NCBI GenBank assembly: GCA_963668625.2
Contig: CAXXKA010000008.1
Span: 736,001-800,000 of the forward strand
Origin: an uncultured candidate division Zixibacteria bacterium
GTDB taxonomy: Bacteria > Zixibacteria > MSB-5A5 > UBA10806 > 4484-95
DNA: 64,000 nucleotides
Direction of reading: 5' to 3'
In this document: piece after piece, positions 10,298 to 20,796 of the stretch
Layout of the letters: the number at the start of each line of letters is the position of its first letter
Position numbering within the stretch: position 1 is the first letter of the stretch
Translations under genes and position numbers: made by a program
Notes under the pieces: generated by a model
The model's input: only the letters and a program-made list of their open reading frames with translations
What the model was told of the DNA's origin: nothing
The model's database searches: none

Positions 10298-10315
10298 TTT
10301 CAGAAAATACTGAAA
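10298..10315. promoter_or_regulatory. Palindromic operator upstream of GbsR/MarR gene
   Basis: TTTCAG-N6-CTGAAA between TTGACA (10272) and the RBS. Confidence 0.5.
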
Positions 10316-10326
10316 GGAGTGAATTT

Positions 10327-10827
10327 ATGGGAAATGAGGAGATCGAAAGGTTTGTCGAGTCCTGGGGGTCGATGGGGATACTCTGGGGGATTAACCGCTC
10401 GATGGCGCGTATACAGGCATTCCTATTGCTTTCCGAGGAGCCGGTGGATGCCGAGACGATTGCTACCGAGTTGAATATCAGCCGCGGCAATACCAGTATG
10501 TGTTTGAAAGAGCTGCGTTCATGGGGCGTGATAAAGCGGGTGAATCAATCCGGGGATCGTCGCGATTTCTACATTATCGAACAGGATGTCTGGACGATGC
10601 TGTACCGGATTACGGTCGAGCGCAAGTCACGTGAGTTCGATCCGGCATACAGCGCGTTACGTCACCTGATGGCAGAGGTTGATACCGAGAATAAAGCCAA
10701 TGTTCATAAGCGTTTGACCGAACTCGAGGAGGTAATGTCCACGGTAGATCGAATATTCGGGACATTCTTGGAAAGCGAGGAGAAAAGCCGGGGCATGCTG
10801 GAGTTTTTCAAACGTTTCATTAAATAA
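10327..10827 (+). CDS. GbsR/MarR-family transcriptional regulator
   Basis: FVESWG.MG..WGINRSMA, ISRGNTSM.LKEL..WG, GDRRDFY. Confidence 0.9.
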   Translation: MGNEEIERFVESWGSMGILWGINRSMARIQAFLLLSEEPVDAETIATELNISRGNTSMCLKELRSWGVIKRVNQSGDRRDFYIIEQDVWTMLYRITVERKSREFDPAYSALRHLMAEVDTENKANVHKRLTELEEVMSTVDRIFGTFLESEEKSRGMLEFFKRFIK

Positions 10828-10843
10828 TAGACATGGAGTTAAT

Positions 10844-11038
10844 ATGAACTCGGCATTCAGAATTAGCTCGTTCGGATCGTTAATTGGCATAGGGCATATA
10901 TCCACGACTCCGGTTTTCTGTAAGCGGCTTGTTGATAATGCTAACAGGTTTGGCGGAAAGAGGTTGGCGCTGGTAATTACGATTACCGTGATAATACGTT
11001 TAATCTTGCTGCGGCTAATAGGGGATAATACTAATTGA
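10844..11038 (+). CDS. Small hypothetical membrane protein, possibly degenerate
   Basis: GGAG RBS, hydrophobic segments, operon position. Confidence 0.3.
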   Translation: MNSAFRISSFGSLIGIGHISTTPVFCKRLVDNANRFGGKRLALVITITVIIRLILLRLIGDNTN

Positions 11039-11053
11039 TAAGGAGAGTTTGCT

Positions 11054-11449
11054 ATGATTAGATGGATGTTGTTATCTGGAGGCGTTTTTAATTTTTTAGT
11101 TGCAGTTTTTCATCTTTTTTTCTGGAAACTGTTTGACTGGCCGGCGGGACTTGCATGTCTGTCGGTTGAAAACCGGGGAATGATACAGGTATTTAATGTA
11201 ATTACGATTCTCATCTTATTGTTTTTTTCAGCGGTATCGATTTTCTGTATTGACCAGCTTCGCAAATCTGGCTTGGGCTCGATAGTGCTTTCAACCGTCG
11301 CCTTGTTCTGGCTCATCCGGGCTGCCGCCGAGATCATTCTCTGTGGAGATATCGGGAATATACTATCGTTGGTGATTATTCTTATATGTTTGGCTGTCAG
11401 TTCGTTCTATCTGATGCCATTGATACCGGCCTGTAGAAAAAGTCATTAG
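11054..11449 (+). CDS. Four-TM hypothetical membrane protein
   Basis: AAGGAG RBS; FHLFFWKLFDW motif; four hydrophobic helices. Confidence 0.8.
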   Translation: MIRWMLLSGGVFNFLVAVFHLFFWKLFDWPAGLACLSVENRGMIQVFNVITILILLFFSAVSIFCIDQLRKSGLGSIVLSTVALFWLIRAAAEIILCGDIGNILSLVIILICLAVSSFYLMPLIPACRKSH

Positions 11450-11589
11450 CATTTTCTATCTTCGAGAGCTATATCGACGGAGGCGTATTGAATACCTTTT
11501 TATAGTAATACATATTGCATTTTTGATATATTTGTTTATAATGCCTAAGATGAGTAGATAATTTTATAAGAGCAGGAGGTGTATGAGAA

Positions 11590-12429
11590 ATGGCTAAAGT
11601 TTCATTCGTTGCTTTATGTATGATCGTTCTAATTAGCGGCTTTGCCGGAGCAACTAATCTGTATCCCACCGATGATATTTATATCGACACGGTCGGTTCC
11701 GTACAGCATGAAGAGGGAGATTTGTTTATCGCCAATTACCCGGATGAGCCGGCGATATATCAAACCATGATGAAATTCGATCTGACCGCTTATGACGGCA
11801 TGTATATCGATGAGGCGTTGCTCTGGGTGTATCGTTATTACGGTTGCAGCCACGGTTTCACCCATGTCGAGGTTTACGCTATCGAGGAGGACTGGCAAGA
11901 ACAGAGCTGGCCGCTGAACGAGTATGTCACTCACGGCGAGACAATGTGGTCGGAGGGTATCTTGAGCCAGATAGGATGGAATATTATCGATGTTACCTAC
12001 CTGGTGAATACCTGGACGACTGGCGATTATACTAACAACGGCATGGTTTTAGTCGGCGAGGACGATACCCGGATGAGCAAGCTGTATTCCAGCGAGATGG
12101 GTAACGGTTACGAACCTTATTTGCAGATGCCGACTATTATTTCTGCCGATGAGAACAACAGCCTGCCCTCACGAGTGGAGATGACCTCATATCCCAATCC
12201 GTTCAATGCGCGGGTGAATATCAGTTTCACGCTTACCCAGGAGTCTGATATCAATCTTGAGGTATTCAATATTCTCGGGCAAAAAGTGGTTACGCTGGCG
12301 AACGGTTCATTCCAGCCCGGCAGCCACAATGTCAGTTGGAACGCCGATGGAAACCCGACCGGCATGTATTTCTATCGCCTGACTACCGGCGATAGCAGTA
12401 TTACCAAGAGGATGCTGTATCTGAAATAA
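11590..12429 (+). CDS. Secreted DNRLRE/CBM96-like domain protein with T9SS-like CTD
   Basis: Signal peptide; KFDL, IDVT.LV..W, NNGM.L, SSE...PYL; YPNPFN CTD. Confidence 0.8.
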   Translation: MAKVSFVALCMIVLISGFAGATNLYPTDDIYIDTVGSVQHEEGDLFIANYPDEPAIYQTMMKFDLTAYDGMYIDEALLWVYRYYGCSHGFTHVEVYAIEEDWQEQSWPLNEYVTHGETMWSEGILSQIGWNIIDVTYLVNTWTTGDYTNNGMVLVGEDDTRMSKLYSSEMGNGYEPYLQMPTIISADENNSLPSRVEMTSYPNPFNARVNISFTLTQESDINLEVFNILGQKVVTLANGSFQPGSHNVSWNADGNPTGMYFYRLTTGDSSITKRMLYLK

Positions 12430-12457
12430 GATATGCGAAATTCAATACGATTTTAGG

Positions 12458-12484
12458 GGGCGTGTTTTTTATGCGCCCTTTTTT
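12458..12484 (+). terminator. Intrinsic terminator
   Basis: GGGCGTGT-loop-ATGCGCCC-TTTTTT. Confidence 0.65.
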
Positions 12485-12682
12485 ATTAGGTATTATCAAT
12501 CGGGAGGAGGATGATCTTGGCTGTCTCGTTGCGAAGCGCTGTTTCCCGATGTGAATGTCATTTTGCGAGTTGCCGGCCCGACAGAGTTCTTTGTTTCTCA
12601 TTTCCCGCCGGTTTGCTGCATAAAGCCAGGTGGCAGGAAAGGATTTTTGCCACCACTGGCAATCACTTGACAGGGAGCATAT

Positions 12683-13405
12683 ATGAAAGCGATTGAACTG
12701 TACCAGGATATTAGAAAATTCTTTGAGGCTAATGCCGATAAAGCAAGAGCCAAGAAATACTCTAGATATTTTAAAGAAGGCTATGATGCTTACGGAATAA
12801 CACCGGATCTTATGCATGAGAAAAGAGATGTCCGATTAAACGCCGGCAACGTGAGTATAAAAACCGTGTTAGGTGCGAGTAAATATCTTGTTGGCAGTGG
12901 TAAATTCGAGGAAACGACCTTCGCTGTTATCCTGTTGAAAGGATTCGCCGACCAATTCGATATTGACACCTTCAAACGAATCAGCAAATGGTTCGATATC
13001 GGAATTATCAACTGGGGTCATTGTGATGTTTTTTGCGGGCATTTGATGTCGATCCTACTGAATAAAAATATTATCTCCTATGAAGCTCTCGCCGACTGGC
13101 GTACCGGTAAGAACAAATATCAACGTCGCGCCGTCCCGGTATCGCTTCTGGAGATAAAAGATACTACGAAAAATTTCAAACAGATGTTTAAGTTTATCGA
13201 GCCTCTTATGATGGATCAGGAACGAACGGTCGGTCAGGGATTAGGCTGGTATTTGCGAGAGGTATGGAAAATCCAGCCGAAGGTGACAGAGGAATTTCTG
13301 CTCGAGTGGAAAGATGATGCACCGAGAGTAATATTCCAATATGCTACGGAGAAAATGAGTAAAGAGGGGAAAGCGAGATTCAGAAAAGCCAAAAAGAAAG
13401 CATAA
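12683..13405 (+). CDS. AlkD-like DNA alkylation repair protein
   Basis: NWGHCD, YQRRA, VGQGLGWYLREVWK, FQYATEKM. Confidence 0.85.
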   Translation: MKAIELYQDIRKFFEANADKARAKKYSRYFKEGYDAYGITPDLMHEKRDVRLNAGNVSIKTVLGASKYLVGSGKFEETTFAVILLKGFADQFDIDTFKRISKWFDIGIINWGHCDVFCGHLMSILLNKNIISYEALADWRTGKNKYQRRAVPVSLLEIKDTTKNFKQMFKFIEPLMMDQERTVGQGLGWYLREVWKIQPKVTEEFLLEWKDDAPRVIFQYATEKMSKEGKARFRKAKKKA

Positions 13406-14296
13406 TTATTTCTTAATATACTCCCGGATACCTTCCGAGAAATAAATCGGATCGGTACTGAATGTGCTCCAGAACGTGTTGTCATCCGAAACCGACCCGG
13501 CAGTTAGCATCTTGATTGCCTCGGCGCTAACCGGCCCGGGGAGAAGTTTACCGAATAGTTTCGCGGCTAAAATAGAAAGTCCGAGCGGCTGATGAATTTT
13601 CGCAGCTTTATTTTTGCCTCGGGCTTTAGCTATCCTATCCAGTATCTCATTATAGTTTAATTTCTCCGGCCCGGGGACATCATAGATTTTACCGAATGTA
13701 TCCGGTGTATCGATCGACTGAGCGATCGCCTCGGCCAGGTTGGAGACATGCACCGGCATGAACTCATATTTGCCATCCCCGACAACCGGCACGAGCGGTA
13801 ACCGCCGGCTCATCTTTGCGAGCATGTTCACCATGTGATCCTCGGGGCCGTAAACCAGCGAGGGCCGGAATATCGTCCAGTCCAGGCCGCTCTCTTTTAT
13901 CACATTTTCGCCTTGGTGTTTGCTCTGGAAATACTCGGTATCCATATCGCCGCCGGCGCCCAGGGCTGACATATGGATGAATCGTTTAACGCCTGAATCC
14001 TGAGCGGCTTTTATAAGGCTCATGGGTATCAGGTGATGAGCGAAATCGAACGATGTCTCTTTGGTTTCTTTTATAATGCCGATTAAATTGATTATCGCCT
14101 GACAGTCGGCGACTGATTTTTTCAGGGCATGCGGTGAGTCATAATAAACATAGCGCGACTCGGTACTTTTAAAGCGGGTTATTTTCAGTAACGATCCCTG
14201 TCGTATGAGGGCTTTTATACTATGACCATCGGCTATGAGTTTTCTCATTATCTCCTTGCCGATGAATCCCGTTCCGCCAGCGACTGCGATATTCAT
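13406..14296 (-). CDS. NAD(P)-dependent epimerase/NDUFA9-like SDR
   Basis: GGTGFIG, HMSALGA, YFQSK, FRPSLVYG. Confidence 0.9.
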   Translation of the reverse strand: MNIAVAGGTGFIGKEIMRKLIADGHSIKALIRQGSLLKITRFKSTESRYVYYDSPHALKKSVADCQAIINLIGIIKETKETSFDFAHHLIPMSLIKAAQDSGVKRFIHMSALGAGGDMDTEYFQSKHQGENVIKESGLDWTIFRPSLVYGPEDHMVNMLAKMSRRLPLVPVVGDGKYEFMPVHVSNLAEAIAQSIDTPDTFGKIYDVPGPEKLNYNEILDRIAKARGKNKAAKIHQPLGLSILAAKLFGKLLPGPVSAEAIKMLTAGSVSDDNTFWSTFSTDPIYFSEGIREYIKK

Positions 14297-14508
14297 ATCG
14301 TATCTCTCGATCCCGTGAGGTTAATTTCCTTTATTCATTAATACGCATCAATTAATAAATATATTCCATAACAAACGACAAGCACAAATACGCTTTATAT
14401 ATATAACTCAATTCGTTGTTCGGCGGTTTAATTATTCAATCGCCTGGCAAAAGCCATACAGCCGTGGTTTTTCATGGCAAAATACTTTGGGGTAGCCTGT
14501 TTATTATA

Positions 14509-15756
14509 TCAGGAACTCATCGACTCCAGGAATTTAGCGTTCGTCTTGGTTTTTGTCAAGCGGTCGAGGATAAATTCCATGGCGTCGATAGGACTCATCT
14601 CGTTGAGGAATTTCCTCAAAATCCAAATACGATTAAGCTCATCCGCGGTAAGCAACAGTTCCTCTTTACGAGTACCCGAGCGGTTGATATCGATAGCCGG
14701 GAAAATACGGCGGTCAGCCAGGCGGCGATCCAGCACTATCTCCATGTTACCGGTGCCTTTAAACTCCTCGAAAATAACATCATCCATACGCGAGCCGGTC
14801 TCAACCAGGGCGGTGGCGATAATCGTTAGCGAGCCACCCTCCTCGATATTTCTGGCGGCGCCGAAGAAACGTTTTGGTTTCTGTAGGGCGTTAGAGTCCA
14901 CACCACCGGAGAGGATTTTGCCCGAATGCGGCACGACTGCATTATAAGCGCGCGCCAGGCGGGTGATAGAGTCAAGGAGGATTACGACATCCTTTTTATG
15001 CTCGACTAAGCGCTTGGATTTCTCGATAACCATCTCGGCGACGGTAACGTGACGATCGGCAGGCTCATCGAAAGTTGAGGATATCACCTCGGCCTTAACC
15101 GTGCGTTCCATATCGGTTACCTCCTCCGGGCGCTCATCTATAAGCAGTACGATAAGTTTCATGTCCGGATGATTGGTGGTAATCGAGTTGGCTATTTTCT
15201 GCAGGATAATCGTTTTACCGGCTTTCGGTGGCGAGGTGATAAGACCACGCTGTCCTTTACCGATGGGCGAAAGCATGTCCATGATACGAGTTGTCGGGTC
15301 TTTGGAAAGTACTTCGAGTTTGATTTTCTCCTCGGGATAAAGCGGCGTCAGATTGTCGAACAGGATTTTGTGTTTGGCAACCTCGGGATTCTCGAAATTG
15401 ACTGCCTCGATTTTCAAGAGCGCGAAATAACGCTCGGTTTCCTTGGGCGGTCTTACCTGGCCGGATACGGTGTCGCCGGAACGAAGATCGAATTTCTTGA
15501 TCTGCGAAGGGCTGACATAAATATCATCGGGGCCGGGAAGGTAATTGTAGTCGGGACTTCTTAAAAAACCGTAGCCCTCGGGAAGCACCTCGAGCACGCC
15601 CTCGGCGAAAATCAAACCATCCTGCTCGGTTTGTGCCTCGAGAATCTTGAATATCAGCTCGGATTTTTTCAGTCCTGAAATGCCGGGTATCTGAAGCTCC
15701 TCCGCGAGATTGGTCAATTCGTTAATGGTTTTGGATTTTAATTCTACGATATCCAT
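14509..15756 (-). CDS. rho: Transcription termination factor Rho
   Basis: [31 protein letters not shown]; ATG 15756 after AAGGAG (415 aa). Confidence 0.99.
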   Translation of the reverse strand: MDIVELKSKTINELTNLAEELQIPGISGLKKSELIFKILEAQTEQDGLIFAEGVLEVLPEGYGFLRSPDYNYLPGPDDIYVSPSQIKKFDLRSGDTVSGQVRPPKETERYFALLKIEAVNFENPEVAKHKILFDNLTPLYPEEKIKLEVLSKDPTTRIMDMLSPIGKGQRGLITSPPKAGKTIILQKIANSITTNHPDMKLIVLLIDERPEEVTDMERTVKAEVISSTFDEPADRHVTVAEMVIEKSKRLVEHKKDVVILLDSITRLARAYNAVVPHSGKILSGGVDSNALQKPKRFFGAARNIEEGGSLTIIATALVETGSRMDDVIFEEFKGTGNMEIVLDRRLADRRIFPAIDINRSGTRKEELLLTADELNRIWILRKFLNEMSPIDAMEFILDRLTKTKTNAKFLESMSS

Positions 15757-15798
15757 CGTTCTATCTCCTTGAAATATGATTGTTTTCAAACAGGGGGG

Positions 15799-15924
15799 CC
15801 GGTAGCTCGAATCATCCCGTTTAGTATGCTGGAGTCCCGGATACATCTCGCGCCCGCGAGCAACGTATCATCCGATGGGACAGCAAGGGATATTCGATAC
15901 CGGTTCAGATCAGGCCGATCTGAA
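15799..15924 (-). promoter_or_regulatory. Structured rho leader (long imperfect rod plus hairpin)
   Basis: Seven nested complementary segments, see findings. Confidence 0.55.
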
Positions 15925-15940
15925 AGTTAATTGGTGAAAA

Positions 15941-16282
15941 TTAATCCAGTTTTTCGCCCGGTGCGTCTCCCCATAGCTTTTCTAATGAGTAATATTCCCG
16001 GATTTCAGGCTGAAATACATGCACGACTACATCGACATAATCCAGCAGAACCCATTGCAAGTTTTTGTAGCCCTCGATATGCCAGGCTCCGATCCCCTTT
16101 TCCTTTAGCCCCACTCTGATATTATCAGCGATTGACTTCACATGAACATCAACTGAACCGCTGATTATTACGAAATATTTAGCAACATCCGAACTCTTTT
16201 TCAGGTCGAGTAAGTGAATGTCGAAGGCGTTTTTTTCAAGCGCCAGTTTTCCTATCGTACGTGCTAATTGCTTTGGCTGCAA
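15941..16282 (-). CDS. rsfS: Ribosome silencing factor
   Basis: EKNA.DI..LD, YFVI.SG, EG....WVLLDYVDVVVHVF, REYY.LEKLW. Confidence 0.96.
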   Translation of the reverse strand: MQPKQLARTIGKLALEKNAFDIHLLDLKKSSDVAKYFVIISGSVDVHVKSIADNIRVGLKEKGIGAWHIEGYKNLQWVLLDYVDVVVHVFQPEIREYYSLEKLWGDAPGEKLD

Positions 16283-16285
16283 AAG

Positions 16286-16798
16286 TTATTTGACCTCGCT
16301 TAAAAGAAGGTTTTTCAGTGAATCATAATCGGATCCGATAATTATCGTTACCTCTATATCCAGAAGATTATCCGACAGTTTTTCAATTAGAAGCTGTTCC
16401 GGGGCTACCCTGAGCAGCTCGGCTACGTAAAGCGCCGCCTCAGAATAAGAACCGGCGTTAACAGGATCGCCCTTGCGGTCTATGACCAGTGTCTTCTCGT
16501 AGTTGAATGTCCGGGCGTTCCCTTTATCGATTATATCAAAGAACACGCCTGTCGAAGACTGCATGAATGACTGGGCTATATCCTCGGCTACATTTTTAAT
16601 GCCGCAGCCGTTTTTTATCTGCAGTCGAACGATCTCGGGCTTTTCAGGTTCCTCGATAATAGTACCAGCCGGTAAAAACATCGAAACGGCAAATACTATT
16701 ATGAAAATCGACAGGAATATAATCGCCCAGCCGGTGAAACCGGGGCTTTTCAACTGCTTTTTGCTTTTTTTCCTTTTAGATGATTTTTTAACCGGCAT
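16286..16798 (-). CDS. LytR/CpsA C-terminal domain membrane protein
   Basis: Basic N-terminus + TM; LQIKNGCG, GNA, VTIIIGSDY. Confidence 0.85.
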   Translation of the reverse strand: MPVKKSSKRKKSKKQLKSPGFTGWAIIFLSIFIIVFAVSMFLPAGTIIEEPEKPEIVRLQIKNGCGIKNVAEDIAQSFMQSSTGVFFDIIDKGNARTFNYEKTLVIDRKGDPVNAGSYSEAALYVAELLRVAPEQLLIEKLSDNLLDIEVTIIIGSDYDSLKNLLLSEVK

Positions 16799-16835
16799 GA
16801 CCTCCAGGAGGAGCTAATGAGGAAGATTCGAAAAT

Positions 16836-17312
16836 TTAATACCCCCTCCCTGTTTCAGGGAACCAATAGTTAGAATCATAACGATCATAAGGATTGTAAT
16901 AGTAACCGGGAACCTGGCGGTAGTTGAACTGAAAATGTAGGTTTTCGGTTGGTTTCCACGATATTGCCAGGCCAGGTAGTATCTCGCCGTTATTTGACAA
17001 TGTTCCGTTATTATTGCCAAACAATGCGCCCGTATTATGAAGGTAGCCGATATCGAGACGTATTTTCAGTGGATCGGATACCTGATACTCTATCGAATTA
17101 AGATATAGTCCCAAACTCTGAGAGCCCGCACTCGATGAGGAATACATCAAGGAGTAGCTCTGAGTCATATGGAATTTGCCGGGATCAAGCAGGGAGAACC
17201 CGGATGTCGCCGAGTTGTCCGATTTGGTCGGAAAACTCCCCACCATCTGGGGGAACGCCGAGCCGTATAATATTATTGTTAACGCCGATACCAGAATGAC
17301 TTTCTTCAACAT
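16836..17312 (-). CDS. Hypothetical exported beta-rich protein
   Basis: GGGAGG RBS; signal peptide; alternating beta-strands. Confidence 0.75.
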   Translation of the reverse strand: MLKKVILVSALTIILYGSAFPQMVGSFPTKSDNSATSGFSLLDPGKFHMTQSYSLMYSSSSAGSQSLGLYLNSIEYQVSDPLKIRLDIGYLHNTGALFGNNNGTLSNNGEILPGLAISWKPTENLHFQFNYRQVPGYYYNPYDRYDSNYWFPETGRGY

Positions 17313-17414
17313 AATCAAAACCTCCCACTTATTCAGTGGCGGTTAAAGTTTACAGACTTTGCAAACTCTTGTCAATCACTTTCTTAATTAAACTATTTAT
17401 ATATACTTATGTTC

Positions 17415-18149
17415 CTATATCAAGGTCTCCATCAAAGCCAATTCCTCTTTGGAATTAACCCCCATGCCCTCGTTGGCATCCGCGGATACCATGGCGGAGA
17501 CTTTCAGGCCGTTTTCCTTGAACAACTTTATCGTATCTGTCAGATAATATTCCGCCTGGGCATTTTCCGAGCTCAGTTTATCTAAAACAGTCATCAGCCT
17601 TTGATAGTCGAAACAATAAGCGCCGGTGTTTACCTCGTTTATTTTCTTGATATCATCCGGGGCGTCTTTGAATTCCACGATTCCCTCTAAATAACCGTCA
17701 GAGTCCCGCACGACCCTGCCATAACTGCCCGGATCATCCAGTTTGACAGTTAATACGGTGGCCGCCGAATCGGTCTCGCGGCGCATGGCGATTAGTTTGG
17801 CAATAGTCTCGGGAGTGATCAAAGGCATATCGCCGCATAGTACCAGGAGGTCGCCGTCAAATCCCTCGAGCGCCGGAACAGCCATCTGAACCGCGTGCCC
17901 CGTACCCAGTTGAGGTTCCTGCAGAGCGAATTTTACCTCTCTGCCCGAGAGACTTTCCCTTACCAGCTCGTGTTTATGCCCCACAATCAATACCAGGCTG
18001 CCGACTCCCGCTTTGCGGGCATTATCGATTACATGATCTACCAGGTATTTACCTTTAAGCTCATGTAAAACCTTTGGTAGATCGGATTTCATGCGCTTGC
18101 CTTTACCGGCTGCTAAAATAACCGCGGCGACTTTTTTTGTATCTGTCAT
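17415..18149 (-). CDS. GlmU N-terminal-domain-only sugar-phosphate nucleotidyltransferase
   Basis: ILAAGKGKRMKS.LPKVLH, QLGTGHAV, GDMPL, EYYLTD; no acetyltransferase beta-helix. Confidence 0.9.
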   Translation of the reverse strand: MTDTKKVAAVILAAGKGKRMKSDLPKVLHELKGKYLVDHVIDNARKAGVGSLVLIVGHKHELVRESLSGREVKFALQEPQLGTGHAVQMAVPALEGFDGDLLVLCGDMPLITPETIAKLIAMRRETDSAATVLTVKLDDPGSYGRVVRDSDGYLEGIVEFKDAPDDIKKINEVNTGAYCFDYQRLMTVLDKLSSENAQAEYYLTDTIKLFKENGLKVSAMVSADANEGMGVNSKEELALMETLI

Positions 18150-18249
18150 TTAAATATTCTCTCAGTTTTAATGTTAAACCGTCCCTGAAAATAGATTCGG
18201 CATATTCTTAGAAACGTTTATTCGAGAATGGTTTAATATGCGGTCTATC

Positions 18250-18609
18250 TCAGGAGTCTATCGCTTTATTGTATTGGTCGACCTTGACTATCACCGGTTG
18301 ATGATTGTCGATATCTCCAGTATCAATACTACAGTAGGTTATGATGATTATCTTATCGCCTTTTTGACCCAGGCGAGCGGCCGCGCCGTTAAAGCAGATT
18401 TCGCCACTGCCGGTTTCGGCCTCGATAGCGTATGTCTCGAACCTGGCGCCGTTATTGATATTGACTACCTGCACTTTCTCATGCGGGTAAATCGAGGCTT
18501 TTTCCATCAGGGCTTTATCGATAGACAGGGAACCATTATAGTCCAGGTCGGCATCGGTGACTGTAGCCCGATGGATTTTTGATTTCATCACAGTAATATT
18601 CATATTCAT
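18250..18609 (-). CDS. panD: Aspartate 1-decarboxylase
   Basis: [14 protein letters not shown] cleavage site, [14 protein letters not shown]. Confidence 0.98.
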   Translation of the reverse strand: MNMNITVMKSKIHRATVTDADLDYNGSLSIDKALMEKASIYPHEKVQVVNINNGARFETYAIEAETGSGEICFNGAAARLGQKGDKIIIITYCSIDTGDIDNHQPVIVKVDQYNKAIDS

Positions 18610-19004
18610 TACTCGCCGAAACTAACAAAGCATCAACCATTTGACAAGTGTTTTTTAAACTTATCTACACGTAAAAATGCTCCCGAATTTCTCAATTTTT
18701 CTAAAATACTTATTATGGATGACTTAAGTCTATTACGCGAGCGATAGAGTTTGACATATTTGTCAGATTTATCGGATCGGGGAATGGTAATATATGAAAA
18801 ATATAGTTGACAGTCCGTTAATTTATTATATATTGGTAATAAGCAAACTTATTAACTAAGGGGTTATGTTGTTGATTTTATAGCTCAGGCTAATGTTTGA
18901 GTAAATCTAGCAACAACCTTGCTGTTTATTAATAAAATATGTGTATATCTTCCCTGCGAGGTAATGATAAGTAATTAACATGCAGTAACTAAGAGGGTGT
19001 GAGC

Positions 19005-20138
19005 ATGAAAATGTCGAAATATATAATCCTGGTGATGGTTTTTTCTATAGTATTTATATTCTCGATATCTCAAGCGAGCGATAGCGTTTATGTATGGTAT
19101 GGTAATGTTGATGGCAGCCCGGTGGAGGCCAATATCGGCACAGACCTGGAAGTAAACGCGTACATTCAAACCGATTCGGATGCTTACGTGGGCAGCGTGC
19201 TTTTAAACCTGGCCGGGGATGGAATCTACTTCGACAGCCTTCAAAGCGCTGAGCTTGGCGAATTTTATGCGCCGTTAACCAGTTGGGATGCCGCTTATTT
19301 TCTGGATGTTTCGCATGAGGTCGATGAGCTTCCCGAGGGGTGGGTGAGCCAGGGATTGTTTGGGCTTGATGATATTATGCCTCCATTCAATTCGCCGCCA
19401 TTGCATTCGGAGGTGCCTTACCAGATAGCTAAATTCGTTATGTCTACCACCGCCGATCCCAATAATGTCGGTAATTTGGCGGCGGCAATCATGCCGGGTA
19501 TAGACTGGCTCAACGGAGTCTCTAATTGCGGTGATACGAACGGAACCCATAATTATGTAGTGGTCGAGTCGGCCAGTCTCCTGCAATTCGCGGGCGGTGG
19601 ATGGATTAGCGGCCTGATCGAGGATGATCATGGTAATCCCGTTGCCGATGTTCAAATAACGAGCGTTCAGACGGAGAGGTCGGTAATGGGCAACAGCGAG
19701 GGTGAATATACCATCGGCCTGGCGCCCGGCGCCTACGATTTGATTTTCTCGGTTGAAGGCTACAGAGATATTGAGCAAACCGGTGTTACGGTATCTTTGA
19801 ATCAAACAACGCCTCTTAATGTGGTGATGGATATTGGCGTTGGCATCGGTGAGGATCGGGCGGTCCCGATTCCAGATCATTTCGAACTCAAGCAGAATTA
19901 TCCGAATCCATTTAACGCTACTACCTCGATTGAATATTTTCTGGCACAACAAACCCATGTCGTGTTGGCTGTTTACGATATACAGGGACGTCTGGTTGAA
20001 ATGCTGGTTGATAAAGAGCAGGAAGCCGGTGTACATAGAGTTAACTGGAATGCCGATATGGTATCCTCGGGAATGTATTTTTATAAGATACAAACCGATC
20101 AAAATAGCCGGGTTCAAAAGATGATGCTTCTAAAATAG
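19005..20138 (+). CDS. Secreted protein: beta-sandwich N-domain + carboxypeptidase-regulatory-like domain + T9SS-like CTD
   Basis: Signal peptide; G.ISG.I.D..GNPV...GEY.I.L.PG.Y; NYPNPFN. Confidence 0.8.
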   Translation: MKMSKYIILVMVFSIVFIFSISQASDSVYVWYGNVDGSPVEANIGTDLEVNAYIQTDSDAYVGSVLLNLAGDGIYFDSLQSAELGEFYAPLTSWDAAYFLDVSHEVDELPEGWVSQGLFGLDDIMPPFNSPPLHSEVPYQIAKFVMSTTADPNNVGNLAAAIMPGIDWLNGVSNCGDTNGTHNYVVVESASLLQFAGGGWISGLIEDDHGNPVADVQITSVQTERSVMGNSEGEYTIGLAPGAYDLIFSVEGYRDIEQTGVTVSLNQTTPLNVVMDIGVGIGEDRAVPIPDHFELKQNYPNPFNATTSIEYFLAQQTHVVLAVYDIQGRLVEMLVDKEQEAGVHRVNWNADMVSSGMYFYKIQTDQNSRVQKMMLLK

Positions 20139-20161
20139 AACGATTATACTGATGATATTTG

Positions 20162-20191
20162 AAAGGCAGGATCTACCAATCCTGCCTTTTT
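20162..20191. terminator. Bidirectional terminator
   Basis: AAAGGCAGGAT-loop-ATCCTGCCTTTTT between convergent genes. Confidence 0.8.
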
Positions 20192-20214
20192 GAATTTCAT
20201 ATGAATCGGATCGT

Positions 20215-20796
20215 CTATCGTTTTCCCAATAACGCCCAACCGGCAGGAAGTACCATCGATGCCATGACAATTTTAAGCATATCTCCGGCGATGAATGGGT
20301 ATAGCCCCAGATTCAAGACCATTGAACTTTCGACATAAATGGATAACCAGAGTAATCCGAACAGATAAATTATTACGTTACCTGCTGTTAAGAATGCAAA
20401 CGTGGCGATAAGGTTGCGGTCATAGCCTCGCTCAGCGCAAGCGCCAACGAAATAGGCGGCAGCTATGAATCCCAATAGATATCCCCCCGTAGGACCGAGC
20501 ATACAGGCAACTCCGGAAAGGCCGCCCGCGAATACCGGGAGACCGGCTGCTCCCTCGGCCAGGTAGGTTAAAATCACCAGCGTTCCTCGTTTGCTGCCCA
20601 TCGTAGCTCCGATTAGAAGCACCGCGAGTGTTTGGAATGTTATTGGTACCGGACTAATTGGCAACATGACTGAGATTTTTGAGGCCAGAGCTAAAATCAG
20701 AGAGCCGCTTAAAACCATCATGAAATCATATAGAACCGCATATCTTTTCGGTACGGGACGGAGCAAATCGATGTAACTTGAATACTGCAAAGTCAT
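20215..20796 (-). CDS. bioY: Biotin transporter BioY
   Basis: PVPITFQT, GLPVFAGG, GPTGGYLLGF, PFIAGD..K. Confidence 0.96.
   Translation of the reverse strand: MTLQYSSYIDLLRPVPKRYAVLYDFMMVLSGSLILALASKISVMLPISPVPITFQTLAVLLIGATMGSKRGTLVILTYLAEGAAGLPVFAGGLSGVACMLGPTGGYLLGFIAAAYFVGACAERGYDRNLIATFAFLTAGNVIIYLFGLLWLSIYVESSMVLNLGLYPFIAGDMLKIVMASMVLPAGWALLGKR

Noticed and set aside
12495-12670. Inverted repeats upstream of the AlkD-like gene
   Set aside because: No second copy in the window and no recognisable RNA family; cannot be supported further.
15757-15846. 30-aa N-terminal extension of Rho
   Set aside because: A strong SD precedes ATG 15756, and the extension overlaps the structured leader.
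19275-20117. Long antisense ORF (280 aa) and the many other shadow ORFs in the track
   Set aside because: They overlap well-supported genes and show no motifs or RBS; consistent with codon-bias artefacts.
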